This document shows, in pieces, positions 9,209 to 20,343 of a DNA stretch of 61,180 nucleotides. Positions within the stretch are counted from its first letter, which is position 1, and every line of letters starts with the position of its first letter. The DNA is taken from contig JBJOGS010000029.1 in NCBI GenBank assembly GCA_046048095.1, positions 1 to 61,180 of the forward strand. Reading direction: 5' to 3'. The position numbers were made by a program, and so were the translations under genes. Under the pieces are notes generated by a model, which ran no database searches, had not been told where the DNA came from, and saw nothing but the letters and a program-made list of their open reading frames with translations. Origin of the DNA: Bacteroidota bacterium. Lineage in GTDB: Bacteria; Bacteroidota; Bacteroidia; Flavobacteriales; Flavobacteriaceae.

Positions 9209-10789
9209 ATGTCAGACCTTAAAGCAGCTGAAGTATCAGCGATTCTAAAGAAACAAATAGAGGGCTTCGACTCTAGTGCATCACTAGACGAAGTAGGAAC
9301 TGTATTGGCCGTGGGTGATGGTATTGCCCGAGTTTACGGACTTTCTAACGCCCAGTATGGAGAATTAGTTGAGTTTGATGGCGGATTAGAAGGGATTGTA
9401 CTTAACCTCGAAGAAGACAATGTTGGGGTCGTGCTATTGGGCCCTTCAAAAGAGATCGGAGAAGGCGCAACAGTGAAGCGTACCCAGCGCATTGCCTCAC
9501 TTAAAGTAGGAGAGGGTGTAGTGGGACGAGTTCTGGATACTCTAGGAAACCCAATAGACGGAAAAGGAGCGATTGAGGGCCACTTGTATGACATGCCGCT
9601 AGAGCGCAAAGCACCAGGAGTAATTTACCGTCAGCCGGTAAATGAGCCGCTTCAAACGGGGATCAAGTCGATCGACGCCATGATCCCGGTCGGAAGAGGG
9701 CAGCGCGAGCTCGTAATTGGTGACCGCCAAACGGGAAAGACTACCGTTTGTATTGACACCATTTTGAATCAAAAAGAGTTTTATGACGCGGGCAATCCGG
9801 TGTATTGTATCTATGTGGCCATAGGCCAAAAGGCTTCAACGGTAGCTGCCATTGCTAAAACTCTTGAAGATAAAGGGGCGCTTGCCTATACCACTATTGT
9901 AGCTGCAAACGCTTCTGACCCTGCTCCAATGCAGGTTTATGCCCCATTCGCTGGTGCGGCCATTGGAGAGTATTTTAGAGACACAGGTCGTCCGGCCCTT
10001 ATCGTTTATGATGATTTATCAAAGCAGGCAGTGGCTTATCGCGAGGTATCACTTCTTTTAAGACGTCCTCCGGGGCGCGAGGCTTACCCAGGAGACGTGT
10101 TCTACCTGCACTCTAGGCTTCTAGAGCGCGCGGCAAAAGTGATTGCTGACGACGCGATTGCCCAGTCGATGAACGACCTTCCTGAATCGATCAAGCATTT
10201 GGTTAAAGGAGGCGGATCACTTACTGCCCTTCCGATCATTGAGACGCAGGCTGGAGACGTTTCGGCCTATATTCCAACCAACGTAATCTCGATTACTGAC
10301 GGTCAGATTTTCTTAGAGCAAGACCTGTTCAACCAAGGGGTGCGTCCTGCGATCAACGTAGGTATCTCAGTTTCACGTGTAGGAGGATCTGCTCAGATCA
10401 AGTCAATGAAGAAGGTTGCGGGTACGTTGAAACTTGACCAAGCACAGTTTAGAGAACTAGAGGCCTTTGCTAAGTTTGGTTCTGATCTTGATGCGGCGAC
10501 TCTCAATGTAATTGAGAAAGGAAGACGTAACGTTGAGATTTTAAAGCAAGCTCAAAACGATCCGTATACCGTAGAGGCTCAAATCGCTATTATTTATGCA
10601 GGCTCTAAAAATCTTCTTAGAGAGGTTCCTGTTGCGAATGTAAAAGCTTTTGAAGCCGATTACATTCAAACGCTGCGATTAGATCATGCGGATACACTAG
10701 CGTCTCTAAAAGCCGGAGCCCTAACTGATGAGGTCACAGAAACACTTACAGAAGTAGCCGCAGCGGTGGTTAAACGTCACAAGAACTAA
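9209..10789 (+). CDS. atpA: F0F1 ATP synthase subunit alpha
   Basis: Walker A GDRQTGKT. Highly conserved alpha-subunit sequence throughout. Confidence 0.97.
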   Translation: MSDLKAAEVSAILKKQIEGFDSSASLDEVGTVLAVGDGIARVYGLSNAQYGELVEFDGGLEGIVLNLEEDNVGVVLLGPSKEIGEGATVKRTQRIASLKVGEGVVGRVLDTLGNPIDGKGAIEGHLYDMPLERKAPGVIYRQPVNEPLQTGIKSIDAMIPVGRGQRELVIGDRQTGKTTVCIDTILNQKEFYDAGNPVYCIYVAIGQKASTVAAIAKTLEDKGALAYTTIVAANASDPAPMQVYAPFAGAAIGEYFRDTGRPALIVYDDLSKQAVAYREVSLLLRRPPGREAYPGDVFYLHSRLLERAAKVIADDAIAQSMNDLPESIKHLVKGGGSLTALPIIETQAGDVSAYIPTNVISITDGQIFLEQDLFNQGVRPAINVGISVSRVGGSAQIKSMKKVAGTLKLDQAQFRELEAFAKFGSDLDAATLNVIEKGRRNVEILKQAQNDPYTVEAQIAIIYAGSKNLLREVPVANVKAFEADYIQTLRLDHADTLASLKAGALTDEVTETLTEVAAAVVKRHKN

Positions 10790-10801
10790 AGCAAAACACG
10801 A

Positions 10802-11665
10802 ATGGCAAACCTCAAAGAAATACGCAATCGTATAGCTTCGGTTTCTTCTACCATGCAGATTACCAGTGCCATGAAAATGGTGTCTGCTGCGAAATTGAAG
10901 AAGGCGCAAGATGCCATTCTGGCCATGCGTCCGTATTCTGAAAAGTTGTCTGAGCTTTTGGGCCGACTAAGCACCAGTTTAGGAGAGGATGTCGAAAATC
11001 ACTACGCTGAGAAAAGAGCGGTCAGAAAGGTACTTCTTGTGGTCATCAGCTCGAATAGAGGATTGTGCGGAGCCTTCAATTCTAACGTCATTAAATCAGC
11101 GCGCACAGCTATCGCTGAAGCAAAGTCTAAAGGGGCCGAAGTTTCGGTGATCACCATCGGTCGAAAGGCGAAAGATGCGCTTAAGCATACCAAAACCCTA
11201 ATTGCAGATCACAGCCCATTGTTTGACGCCTTAAGTTTTGAGAACGCCACACTGGTTGTAGAGCCCTTAATTGAATCGTTTGTCGCTAAAGAATACGATG
11301 AAATTCGAGTGATCTACAATTCATTTAAGAACGCTGCCACCCAAGTAGTCAAGGATGAAACATTGCTTCCGCTAGTTCAAGAGGCATCGACTTCAAGCAG
11401 CTCAGAGGACTATATTTATGAGCCGACCGCCGAAGAAATGGTCAATCAGTTGATTCCTAAATCACTGAAGGTGCAATTTTTTAAGGCCATACGAGATTCT
11501 TTCGCAAGTGAGCATGGCGCGCGAATGACCGCCATGCACAAGGCTACTGACAATGCCAAAGAATTGAGAGATCAGCTGAAACTGACCTACAATAAAGCGC
11601 GTCAGGCAGCGATTACCAATGAGATTCTTGAAATTGTCGGAGGGGCTGAAGCGCTCAACGATTAG
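10802..11665 (+). CDS. atpG: F0F1 ATP synthase subunit gamma
   Basis: MANLKEIRNRIASVSSTMQITSAMKMVSAAKL N-terminus and ITNEILEIVGGAEAL C-terminus. Confidence 0.93.
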   Translation: MANLKEIRNRIASVSSTMQITSAMKMVSAAKLKKAQDAILAMRPYSEKLSELLGRLSTSLGEDVENHYAEKRAVRKVLLVVISSNRGLCGAFNSNVIKSARTAIAEAKSKGAEVSVITIGRKAKDALKHTKTLIADHSPLFDALSFENATLVVEPLIESFVAKEYDEIRVIYNSFKNAATQVVKDETLLPLVQEASTSSSSEDYIYEPTAEEMVNQLIPKSLKVQFFKAIRDSFASEHGARMTAMHKATDNAKELRDQLKLTYNKARQAAITNEILEIVGGAEALND

Positions 11666-11688
11666 AGGTTTGTGCTTCGAGCCGATCT

Positions 11689-12108
11689 ATGCCTATCTTT
11701 AGGCAAGTTGTCGCGCTCATGACTCATTTTTGGTTTGTCTTTTCGGTGGTACACGCTTTTGTTTTCAGCGCGGGTCTGTTTCATGCGCGCCACTTAGCAG
11801 ATCAGTCTTCACTGCCGCCGCTCAAATCGTATTCCATTACGAAGTTGATTACAGGAAGATCGTCGAATCAGCCAAGGTTTCAATTGCGATTAGAACTAGA
11901 AGCACCTTTAAAGTCGAATAGGCCACTTATGCTTTTATTTGAAGACCGATCTGCCGCTGAGATGCTATATGTGACACAGAGTAGGTATGCGCTAGACACC
12001 TCATTCGAACTTCATTCTAAGTCTACACTTCGATTTTATGTGCAGGGGGGTAACGATACCTTACGACTTGAACCCCCTTTAATTATCACTTCTGAATTGC
12101 GAAAGTAA
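11689..12108 (+). CDS. Hypothetical protein with an N-terminal hydrophobic anchor
   Basis: ORF only. Tightly packed between atpG and the flippase gene. No recognisable motif. Confidence 0.45.
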   Translation: MPIFRQVVALMTHFWFVFSVVHAFVFSAGLFHARHLADQSSLPPLKSYSITKLITGRSSNQPRFQLRLELEAPLKSNRPLMLLFEDRSAAEMLYVTQSRYALDTSFELHSKSTLRFYVQGGNDTLRLEPPLIITSELRK

Positions 12109-12111
12109 CCC

Positions 12112-13542
12112 ATGAGTGCAGTGAAACGTCTAGGAGCCCAAATCTTTGTTTACGGATTAGCAACCGTGCTTCCGAGGGCCTTGTCTTTTTTGCTTTTGCC
12201 TTTGTATACCAGCGTGTTCGAAGAGGCCTCGGGGTATGGAGAATACGTCTTTATTTATTCATGGATTGCGCTGTTCAATGTGCTGCTCAGCTATGGAATG
12301 GAGACTTCGTTTTTCAGATACTTTCACGATAAAAGCCTCGATCAAGACCGTGTGGTTTCTACTGCTTTGTGGTCGTTGGTGCTGAGTTCAGGACTCTTTT
12401 TCATCTTAGCCACTTGGTTCAACGCCTCTTGGGCTTCACTTTTGGGTATTCGCCCTGACTTCTTGCAGAAAACGGTAATAATTTTAGCCTTAGACGCCTT
12501 AGTAGTTGTTCCGTTTGCCTTGCTCAGGGCTCAAGAGAAACCTGTGCGCTATGCCTCGATTAAGGCGATGAATATTATCGTGAATGTCGCCTTTAACCTG
12601 TACTTTTTGCTTTATTCAAACAAGGAATTTATTGGCAGAGAAATTGACGCCATCTTTTTAGCCAATATCATCGCTAGTGCAGCCACCTTACTATGGTTTT
12701 TGCCGACCTATCTCAAGCAGAGACCGTTTTTTGACTTCGCTATCTGGAAGAAGATGCTCCGCTATGGTCTTCCGGTGATGCTCGCAGGATTTGCGTTTAT
12801 TATCAACGAGGTGTTTGACAAAATTCTGCTCACGCGCTTAGACTCTGCCTATGCGGCAGGAATCTATGGTGCCTGCTATAAACTGGGGGTGTTTATGACT
12901 TTGTTCGCCACCGCCTTTCGCATGGGCGTAGAGCCGTTTTTCTTTAAGCAATCGAATCACGAGAATCGCGAAATCCAATATGCTCAGATCACCTATTATT
13001 TCGTGGCTCTCGGAAGTGTTTTGTTCTTAACAGTGGTTGTTTTTCTTCGACCAATTGCTGAACTATTCATTCGGGATGAGGCGTACCTTGAAGGCCTCAA
13101 GGTTGTTCCATGGGTGCTGATGGGAGCCCTTTTCTTGGGGGTATATCACAACCTCTCAGTGTGGTATAAGCTAAAAGACAAGACGCATATCGGTGCAATT
13201 ATTTCAGGGATAGGCGCGGCCATTACTTTGGGAGTAAATCTCTGGTTTATTCCTTCTATGGGCTATATGGCCTCGGCCTTGGCTACATTTTCAGCGTACT
13301 TGGCTATGATGTGCTTGTCGTTTTTTTGGGGCAGAAAGCATTACTTCATACCGTATCGCATTGGGCCAATGATGGCGTACCTGTTCACCGCTGCACTGTT
13401 TGCTTACCTTTCGCTTGTTCTTTTTGAGACGAATGCCCTGGCGAGGGTTTTCGTGCTGCTCGTATTTATTAGTTTTGTGTTTATTCGAGAATACAAAGGC
13501 GTTAAACTGCTTTTAAATCCTTTTGGAAATGGTTCAAGTTAA
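12112..13542 (+). CDS. MOP/Wzx-type polysaccharide or oligosaccharide flippase
   Basis: 476 aa and polytopic (about 12-14 TM). The N-terminus ([15 protein letters not shown]) is typical of the polysaccharide-biosynthesis flippase family. Confidence 0.8.
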   Translation: MSAVKRLGAQIFVYGLATVLPRALSFLLLPLYTSVFEEASGYGEYVFIYSWIALFNVLLSYGMETSFFRYFHDKSLDQDRVVSTALWSLVLSSGLFFILATWFNASWASLLGIRPDFLQKTVIILALDALVVVPFALLRAQEKPVRYASIKAMNIIVNVAFNLYFLLYSNKEFIGREIDAIFLANIIASAATLLWFLPTYLKQRPFFDFAIWKKMLRYGLPVMLAGFAFIINEVFDKILLTRLDSAYAAGIYGACYKLGVFMTLFATAFRMGVEPFFFKQSNHENREIQYAQITYYFVALGSVLFLTVVVFLRPIAELFIRDEAYLEGLKVVPWVLMGALFLGVYHNLSVWYKLKDKTHIGAIISGIGAAITLGVNLWFIPSMGYMASALATFSAYLAMMCLSFFWGRKHYFIPYRIGPMMAYLFTAALFAYLSLVLFETNALARVFVLLVFISFVFIREYKGVKLLLNPFGNGSS

Positions 13543-13966
13543 GATTATCAATACCTCTACTCACGATCTGCCGTCGTATCAAACAGTCGCCTCTGCCGGC
13601 ATGGACCTGCGGGCTAACAATGACACCCCAATTGTACTAAATTCTTTGGAGCGCGCAATTATACCGACTGGTATATTTATAGAGCTTCCAGTGGGTTATG
13701 AAGCGCAAATAAGACCTCGCAGTGGTTTGGCAGCGAAAAGAGGAATCTCTCTTGTTAACAGTCCTGGGACCATTGATGCGGATTACAGAGGAGAAATTGG
13801 AGTGATTTTGGTGAATCTTTCTAAAGATCCGTTTACCGTAGAAAAAGGAGAACGCATTGCCCAAATGGTGATCGCTAAGCACGAGCAGGCGCAGTGGATT
13901 GAAGTCACAGTGCTAGAAGAGAGCGAAAGGGGTACTGGCGGATTCGGAAGTACAGGACTTAAATAA
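13529..13966 (+). CDS. dut: dUTP diphosphatase
   Basis: SAGMDL, RPRSGLA and [10 protein letters not shown] motifs. I prefer ATG at 13529 over the track's TTG at 13523. Overlaps the flippase 3' end. Confidence 0.93.
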   Translation: MVQVKIINTSTHDLPSYQTVASAGMDLRANNDTPIVLNSLERAIIPTGIFIELPVGYEAQIRPRSGLAAKRGISLVNSPGTIDADYRGEIGVILVNLSKDPFTVEKGERIAQMVIAKHEQAQWIEVTVLEESERGTGGFGSTGLK

Positions 13967-13970
13967 CCGT

Positions 13971-14987
13971 ATGAAAATAATTGTACCTATGGCGGGTCGA
14001 GGCTCGCGATTAAGACCGCACACATTGACTGTGCCAAAGCCTCTTTTACCGGTAGCCGGGGCACCAATTGTACATCGGCTGGTTAGGGATATTGCTAAGG
14101 TCATAGGCCGTCAGGTTGAAGAAGTGGCCTTTGTTATCGGCGATCCTGCCTTTTTTGATGAAGAGGCGGTTCGATCTCTTGAGGCGCTTGCGCATTCTCT
14201 CGGTGCAAAGGCGAGTATTTATAGACAAGACGTTCCGTTAGGCACCGGACATGCCATTATGTGTGCCGAACCTTCCTTGTCTGGTCCTGCGGTTATTGCC
14301 TACGCAGACACCCTTATTCGCGCCAATTTCGAGCTCGACCAGACCGCAGATAGTGTGATATGGGTGAAGCAGGTAGCTCAACCAGAAGCGTATGGAGTCG
14401 TTGAATTGAATGCCCTAAATGAAATTGTATCTCTTGTTGAAAAGCCTACTACCTATGTTTCGGACCTAGCGGTCATCGGAATTTATTACTTCAAAGAGGT
14501 GGCTCAACTCAAAGATGCCTTGCGCCAAGTGATCGATCGCCGTATTTCACACGCAGGGGAGTACCAAATCAACGATGGAATTAAAATGATGATGGCCGAG
14601 GGCAAGCGTTTTGTGACCGGAGCCGTCTCTGATTGGATGGACTGTGGATACAAAAATATTACCATCGAAACCAATGCCCGCATGCTTGACCACCTCTATG
14701 CTGAAGGAGAAACGCTTATTGCTGAAGACGTGACCCTATCACAGTCTACCATTATTCCGCCTTGCTCCATTGCCTCTGGGGTAAGGCTAGTAAATGCTAC
14801 GATCGGCCCCCACGTGTCTATTGGTCCAAACACGATTGTAGAGAATGCCACCCTTGCAGATAGTATGGTGCAGGCGAATAGCCATATCAAAAACTGCAAA
14901 CTCGAACAGGCGATGATCGGAAGTCATGTGATATTTGACGGGGCATTCACTAAAGTAAGTTTAGGGGACTATAACGTTTTAGTATAG
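13971..14987 (+). CDS. Sugar-phosphate nucleotidyltransferase with a C-terminal left-handed beta-helix
   Basis: N-terminal VPMAGRGSRLRP (GxGxR) motif. C-terminal hexapeptide-like repeats. Confidence 0.8.
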   Translation: MKIIVPMAGRGSRLRPHTLTVPKPLLPVAGAPIVHRLVRDIAKVIGRQVEEVAFVIGDPAFFDEEAVRSLEALAHSLGAKASIYRQDVPLGTGHAIMCAEPSLSGPAVIAYADTLIRANFELDQTADSVIWVKQVAQPEAYGVVELNALNEIVSLVEKPTTYVSDLAVIGIYYFKEVAQLKDALRQVIDRRISHAGEYQINDGIKMMMAEGKRFVTGAVSDWMDCGYKNITIETNARMLDHLYAEGETLIAEDVTLSQSTIIPPCSIASGVRLVNATIGPHVSIGPNTIVENATLADSMVQANSHIKNCKLEQAMIGSHVIFDGAFTKVSLGDYNVLV

Positions 14988-14993
14988 AGATTG

Positions 14994-15770
14994 ATGGTCC
15001 GTAGAAGGTTAGCTTTGCTTGTTGGTATCTCGGCGTTACTCTTAGCGGCGGGGTGCAAAAGTGGCTATACCGCATTGAAAACTGAAGTTGGCCGAGAAGC
15101 TTCTCCTGAAGAAATCTTCGACCGAATCACAAACGAAACATCGAGCTCAGATGGATTTAGAGGTAGAATTCGGGCGCGCCTCGAACAAGCCAACACCAAA
15201 AAAGAGGTGACCCTAAGCGTACGCTATGCCAAAGACCAAGGACTGCTCTTTAGCGCTCCTCTCGGCGTCGCCAAAGCGCTTGTTACCCCTGATAAATTTT
15301 CATATTACAACAAACTCAATCGCACCTATTTTGAAGGCGCCATGAATGAGATCGACACCTTGCTGCCCATACAACTGAGTTTTGAACGGCTTGAACGACT
15401 GTTGAACGCTGAAATGGTTTTTAATGAAGAGGCAGTCAGCGCCATGAAATCAACGAAGCGCCTAAAGCGGAACAAAAACCAAGCGACTTATGCATCTGTC
15501 TTTAACTCTTCTGAGCTTGGTAATGGAATTTATGAAGTCGTGGCACAACTGAACCCATTAAGAATAGTCTCTCAAAAACTGACCTCAGACAAGTTCAATA
15601 CCCCGGTGACAATACTTTATTTCTACCCAGCTCAAGGAGAGTTGCCCAGCGAAATAATCATCTCGGCCGCTGACAAAAAACTTCAGCTATTCTTGAGTGG
15701 ATTCGAGTATCAAAAAGGATTACCCCTGCCGTTTCAAATACCCAGCGGCTATAGAAGAGCCTTAAAATAA
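14994..15770 (+). CDS. LolB-like / DUF4292-type lipoprotein
   Basis: Lipobox LLLAAGC. The pattern ...VTPDKFSYYNKLNRTYF... resembles DUF4292 proteins, which commonly precede an M23 peptidase in Bacteroidota. ATG at 14994 preferred over TTG at 14991. Confidence 0.6.
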   Translation: MVRRRLALLVGISALLLAAGCKSGYTALKTEVGREASPEEIFDRITNETSSSDGFRGRIRARLEQANTKKEVTLSVRYAKDQGLLFSAPLGVAKALVTPDKFSYYNKLNRTYFEGAMNEIDTLLPIQLSFERLERLLNAEMVFNEEAVSAMKSTKRLKRNKNQATYASVFNSSELGNGIYEVVAQLNPLRIVSQKLTSDKFNTPVTILYFYPAQGELPSEIIISAADKKLQLFLSGFEYQKGLPLPFQIPSGYRRALK

Positions 15771-16999
15771 TGATGAGAGCAGTACTAATTATATTGGCGC
15801 TTGTGGTATTCCAGGACGCTTTTGCTCAAGAAAAAACACCAGAACAGCGCGAACTAGAACAGCGCAAGGCCGCACTTACCGAAGAAATCGCTCAGATTTC
15901 AGCATGGGTAAAAGAACAGCAGACACTTCGTGGGTCAGTAGTAGACCGCATTCGCATTTTAGACAGAAAGCAGCGGGCTTTAGAGAGTCTTATTGCCCTT
16001 TCTGCAAGAGAAGTACAGTACTTACAACGGCAAATAGACCAAAGTAGCGCTGAGATCGTTGCGCTCAACACAGAACTCGAAAAGTTGAGGGCCGATTATG
16101 CGAAGGTGATTCAGTCCGCTTATCAAAAGAAGTTAGAGCAAAACAAGTTGCTTTTCTTGCTTTCTGCCACCTCATTCAACGAAGCTAGACGACGGATGAA
16201 CTACCTGCTTCAGTATGCTGAGTATAGAACCATTCAAGCAAAACGAATCAGTGCGAAGCAGCTTGAACTTCAAGAAAAAGAAAAAGAGCTTCAAGCGAAA
16301 CTGGTGATCCAACAAGAAAGAATTGCCGAGAATCAACGTCAGCGAGACGAGCTATCTCGTGACCGCAAAAGTCAAGAAATATTAGTGGCAGAGACCCGTA
16401 AGCAAGAACGAAAATATCGAGCAGAGCTTGCAGAAAGAGAGAAAGAACGCAAGCGCATTGACCTTGAAATAGAGAAGCTCATTCGAGAAGCAATCGCCCG
16501 GGCAAATCGCGCCAAAGCTAAGGCCAAAGTCAAAGGGTCTTCTGAAGAGGTGTTTGTCTTAACCCCAGAGGCCAAGTTGATTGCGGACAATTTCGAGGCA
16601 AATAAAGGAAGACATCTATGGCCTGTAGAAAAAGGCATCAAGAGCATCGGCTATGGCACGTATGCGGATAAATTGTATCCGAGTTTAAAACACTTCAATA
16701 ATGGGGTCTCTATCACGACAGCCGCTCAGGCTAAGGCGCGCGCTATCTTTAAAGGTGAGGTCATGTCCATTATGATTAATCGTCAGGGCATTAAAGGGGT
16801 ATATGTGCGGCATGGCGACTACATTACTATGTACTATAATTTGGCAGAGGTGTACGTTTCAGAAGGGCAAATGGTAGACGCGAAGCAAGAACTTGGGGTG
16901 ATTCATACCGATAAGGTAAACCAGCAAACTACCTTGAAATTCTACCTCTATAAAAACACCACGCGTTTGAATCCTGAGCTATGGGTCTATCAGCTCTAG
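15770..16999 (+). CDS. M23 family metallopeptidase / EnvC-like murein hydrolase activator
   Basis: Signal peptide, a long coiled coil (Q/E/K/R-rich) and a C-terminal LytM-like domain. Confidence 0.8.
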   Translation: MMRAVLIILALVVFQDAFAQEKTPEQRELEQRKAALTEEIAQISAWVKEQQTLRGSVVDRIRILDRKQRALESLIALSAREVQYLQRQIDQSSAEIVALNTELEKLRADYAKVIQSAYQKKLEQNKLLFLLSATSFNEARRRMNYLLQYAEYRTIQAKRISAKQLELQEKEKELQAKLVIQQERIAENQRQRDELSRDRKSQEILVAETRKQERKYRAELAEREKERKRIDLEIEKLIREAIARANRAKAKAKVKGSSEEVFVLTPEAKLIADNFEANKGRHLWPVEKGIKSIGYGTYADKLYPSLKHFNNGVSITTAAQAKARAIFKGEVMSIMINRQGIKGVYVRHGDYITMYYNLAEVYVSEGQMVDAKQELGVIHTDKVNQQTTLKFYLYKNTTRLNPELWVYQL

Positions 17000-17000
17000 T

Positions 17001-17513
17001 CTAGTTCTCGAAAAGAGCTTTTAATTCGAGGGCTTCTGAGGGTTTCATTTTTCCGGCCAGTACAAGGCTTAGCTGCCTTCTTCTTAGCGCGGCATCAAAA
17101 CGCTCTTTTTCAATTTTTGTTTCGGGTACAATAGGGGCGACTTCTACAGGCTTCATCGTGTCGTCTACGGCCACAAAGGTGTAGATCGCTTCATTTGCTT
17201 TTGTGCGAACGCCACTTATTCTATCTTCAAGATAGACATCAATGAAGACCTCCATGGAGGTTTTGAAGGTGCGTGAAACTTGTGCTTCAATGGTCACAAC
17301 GCTTCCGACAGGAATAGCAGTGTTAAATGCCACGTGATTTACCGATGCAGTTACTGCAATTCTGCGACTGTGCCGCCGGGCAGTGATGTAAGCCGCTCGA
17401 TCCATCCTTGCCAAGAGCTCTCCACCAAACAAATGATTGAGATGATTGGTTTCTGAGGGGAGTACCATATCGGTGGTAATGGTTCGCGACTCAGCAGGAG
17501 ACTTCGCTTTCAT
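17001..17513 (-). CDS. Acyl-CoA thioesterase (hotdog fold, YciA-like)
   Basis: NHLNHLFGGELLARMD motif. 170 aa. Confidence 0.85.
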   Translation of the reverse strand: MKAKSPAESRTITTDMVLPSETNHLNHLFGGELLARMDRAAYITARRHSRRIAVTASVNHVAFNTAIPVGSVVTIEAQVSRTFKTSMEVFIDVYLEDRISGVRTKANEAIYTFVAVDDTMKPVEVAPIVPETKIEKERFDAALRRRQLSLVLAGKMKPSEALELKALFEN

Positions 17514-17516
17514 AGG

Positions 17517-18134
17517 CTAGCTAAATAAAGAGAGGTATAACGAGAAGAATACATAGAGCATACAAGCAGCGGCCGCGGCAAAACTAATCATCGCTGCTCT
17601 ATACCAAGCACGAGTCGATGCCCCCTCGGCATTGACTATCTCTGCAGCCTGGTCTTGCTTTTCAAACGCTGCCTCTGACGCTGCACTGGATACACGCTCT
17701 TTTGGCGCGTCAACCTCTTGTTTGATAACTACAGGCTTAATTACGGGCAGACCGAAACTTTCTCTTTGAATTTTTAATGCCTGCTCGGGTTTCAGTTCGA
17801 TGAGCCCTGTTATTTTTACGAAAGTCCCCAGGCCAGATACGACAACTTCTCTTCCTTGATTTAAGGTAGATTTCCACTCAAAGACAAGTTGGCTTAACGC
17901 TTCAACTACCTCTTCGAGCTCACGTTGTTCGCGGTCTGCGATATATTGTGCCAGAGCATAATCACTATAGGTCAGTAATGGGTTAAAACTAATTAACCTT
18001 CTCGGCGGAGTAAGTTCGCCATTTTCATTCACTTCTACTGGAAGTAGTTTGCCCGGCTGAAAGGCCCCAAACCCTGATAATATCACATAATTTCTATGCA
18101 CCAAGAGTTCTTGTATGTAAGGGGCCAAGGTCAT
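17517..18134 (-). CDS. Hypothetical protein with a C-terminal TM anchor (possible HU-like N-terminal domain)
   Basis: The track ORF extends to 18194 and would overlap dprA. The internal ATG at 18134 (MTLAPYIQELL...) is the more plausible start. The domain call is weak. Confidence 0.45.
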   Translation of the reverse strand: MTLAPYIQELLVHRNYVILSGFGAFQPGKLLPVEVNENGELTPPRRLISFNPLLTYSDYALAQYIADREQRELEEVVEALSQLVFEWKSTLNQGREVVVSGLGTFVKITGLIELKPEQALKIQRESFGLPVIKPVVIKQEVDAPKERVSSAASEAAFEKQDQAAEIVNAEGASTRAWYRAAMISFAAAAACMLYVFFSLYLSLFS

Positions 18135-18217
18135 GAAGACAAATATCCTAAAAATAGGCTTAATCTTTGGCGTCTGCCTGCCCAAAGATTGCATTGAAGG
18201 CAGATAGTTTTGCCTCT

Positions 18218-19315
18218 ATGACCAACGCGGACAAAAAAGCACTTTATTTATTATCCCGCTGTGAGGGGATAGGGCCTATGGCTTTGAACCAGCTTCTAGA
18301 GCACCTTGAATGTTTTCATGACTTGTTAGAACTGAGCAGTGAACAGGTGCAACATAAATTAGGCAGGTCAATGGCGAAGCTGGCTCCGTTTTTTTCATTG
18401 AAATGGAGAGCCCAATGCCTCGCCGAGTTCGACCGATTGGCTACTCAGAATATTCGCGTGCTCTTTAAGGGAGACAACGGCTACCCCCCTCTTTTAGCCT
18501 CACTTAAAGACGCTCCTTTTGTACTGTATACTTCAGGTAAGCCGATTTCTTTTGATCGAAGGTTTTTGAGTATTGTGGGCACCAGAACTATGACCGCCTA
18601 TGGCAAGAGGGTTGTTGAGCAATTGCTCGCGGGCCTAGATCCGAATCAGGTGAGTATTGTGAGTGGGTTAGCCAAAGGAGTCGATGCGCATGCCCAATCT
18701 ACCGCGCTTGAAATGGGATTTGAAGTGCTTTCAGTGGTTGCCCATGGCCTAGATCGCACCTATCCAGTCGACCACCGAGCATTAAGGCAACACATCGAGC
18801 AACAGGGCGGTACAGTGAGTGAATTTTTTAACGGGGTACAACCATTGGCAGGTCATTTTATAGCCCGTAATCGCATTATCGCGGGTCTTTCTGAGGCGAC
18901 ACTGATTATTGAATCGGCCCAATCAGGGGGTAGTCTGACTACCGCACATTTTGCGCATGGCTATGAACGGATGCTCTTTGCGGTGCCGGGCAGATTAACT
19001 GACAATTTTAGTTCTGGCTGTAACCGTTTGATTGCAGATTTAAAGGCGCTTCCTTACTCTGGGCCTGAGACACTCATCGATGCGCTTTCTCTACAACAGA
19101 GCGCTGCAAAGAAAGGGAGAACCAGGGTACCTAAATTCAAAACACCTGGCGACGAGAAACTCTATAACCACCTGGTGAAACACGGGCGGGTCTACCCCAG
19201 CCAACTGTTGCGTGAATTAAAACTTGAAAAGCAGGTGATTTATAATGCCTTGCTTAATTTGACATTAGAGGGGGCCATCGTACACCACAAAGACAATTCT
19301 TATGAGGTGATTTAA
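18218..19315 (+). CDS. dprA: DNA-processing protein DprA
   Basis: SGLAKGVDAHAQ and GGSLTTAHFA motifs. Start moved to ATG 18218 (MTNADKKALYLL). Confidence 0.85.
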   Translation: MTNADKKALYLLSRCEGIGPMALNQLLEHLECFHDLLELSSEQVQHKLGRSMAKLAPFFSLKWRAQCLAEFDRLATQNIRVLFKGDNGYPPLLASLKDAPFVLYTSGKPISFDRRFLSIVGTRTMTAYGKRVVEQLLAGLDPNQVSIVSGLAKGVDAHAQSTALEMGFEVLSVVAHGLDRTYPVDHRALRQHIEQQGGTVSEFFNGVQPLAGHFIARNRIIAGLSEATLIIESAQSGGSLTTAHFAHGYERMLFAVPGRLTDNFSSGCNRLIADLKALPYSGPETLIDALSLQQSAAKKGRTRVPKFKTPGDEKLYNHLVKHGRVYPSQLLRELKLEKQVIYNALLNLTLEGAIVHHKDNSYEVI

Positions 19316-20286
19316 GCGCGTAATCCAAGGGTAGTGCGCACTCGATGCAATACTTCTGAAGCCTTCTCTCTCGCTTTCTGGGCGCCTACAAGTAGCTGAG
19401 TTTCTAGCTCATCAGGGTGTTGCATGAGGTAGTCGAACTGTGCTCTTGGTGAGCGATAGGTTTCTAAGATGAGTTCTAAAAGTGCATTTTTGGCATGGCC
19501 ATATCCGTAGTTGCCAGCGAGATAATGTGCGCTCATCTCTTCGATTTTCTCTTGCGAGGCGATAAGTTTATAAAGAGCAAAAGTCGCATCAGTCAATGGA
19601 TCTTTGGGCTCTTCAAGGCTTTTACTGTCGCTGAGTATACCCATAATTTGTTTTTTCAGGGTTTTCTCATCTGCAAAAACGTTAATCGTATTGTTTTTGC
19701 TTTTACTCATTTTGTGTCCGTCCGTTCCGGTGACATACATGGTTTGCTCATTAAGCCGTGCCTCAGGAAGCACAAAGATTTCACCATAGACAGCATGAAA
19801 GCGTTGCGCAACATCTCTAGCCATCTCAATGTGCTGTAGCTGGTCTTTTCCTACCGGCACCACCTCGGCGTCATAAAGTAAAATATCAGCTGCCATGAGC
19901 ATAGGGTAAGTGAATAGCCCTGCATTGACATCTTCAAGACGATCCGCTTTATCCTTGAACGAGTGCGCTAGCGTAAGTCGTTGATAAGGAAAGAGGCAGT
20001 TTAAGTACCAGGCGAGTTCAGTGACTTCGGGCACATCGCTTTGGCGATAAAAGACAGTTTTATCAATATCGAGTCCAAACGCTAACCATGCAGCTGCCGT
20101 TGCCTTGGTATTTTCTTTTAATTGTTGTGCGTCCTTAATTTGGGTAAGCGAGTGCAAATCGGCGATGAAAAGGTAAGAGGCCTCTAATTGAATGTTAGCC
20201 ATTTGGATGGCCGGAATGATTGCGCCTAAAATATTTCCTAAATGCGGAACCCCTGTACTTTGAATGCCCGTTAGAATCCTAGCCAT
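19312..20286 (-). CDS. trpS: Tryptophan--tRNA ligase
   Basis: HLGN (HIGH-type) and KMSKS motifs. 324 aa. Confidence 0.95.
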   Translation of the reverse strand: MARILTGIQSTGVPHLGNILGAIIPAIQMANIQLEASYLFIADLHSLTQIKDAQQLKENTKATAAAWLAFGLDIDKTVFYRQSDVPEVTELAWYLNCLFPYQRLTLAHSFKDKADRLEDVNAGLFTYPMLMAADILLYDAEVVPVGKDQLQHIEMARDVAQRFHAVYGEIFVLPEARLNEQTMYVTGTDGHKMSKSKNNTINVFADEKTLKKQIMGILSDSKSLEEPKDPLTDATFALYKLIASQEKIEEMSAHYLAGNYGYGHAKNALLELILETYRSPRAQFDYLMQHPDELETQLLVGAQKAREKASEVLHRVRTTLGLRA

Positions 20287-20343
20287 GCCATTTTATTTGC
20301 GTACATAGATACGAAAAATTAAAAAGTTATACTTTCGAATCCC

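Noticed and set aside
10802-11665. atp operon ends at atpG without atpD/atpC; possible truncation or rearrangement
   Set aside because: Encoding beta and epsilon at a separate locus is the normal arrangement in Bacteroidota, so this is not an anomaly.
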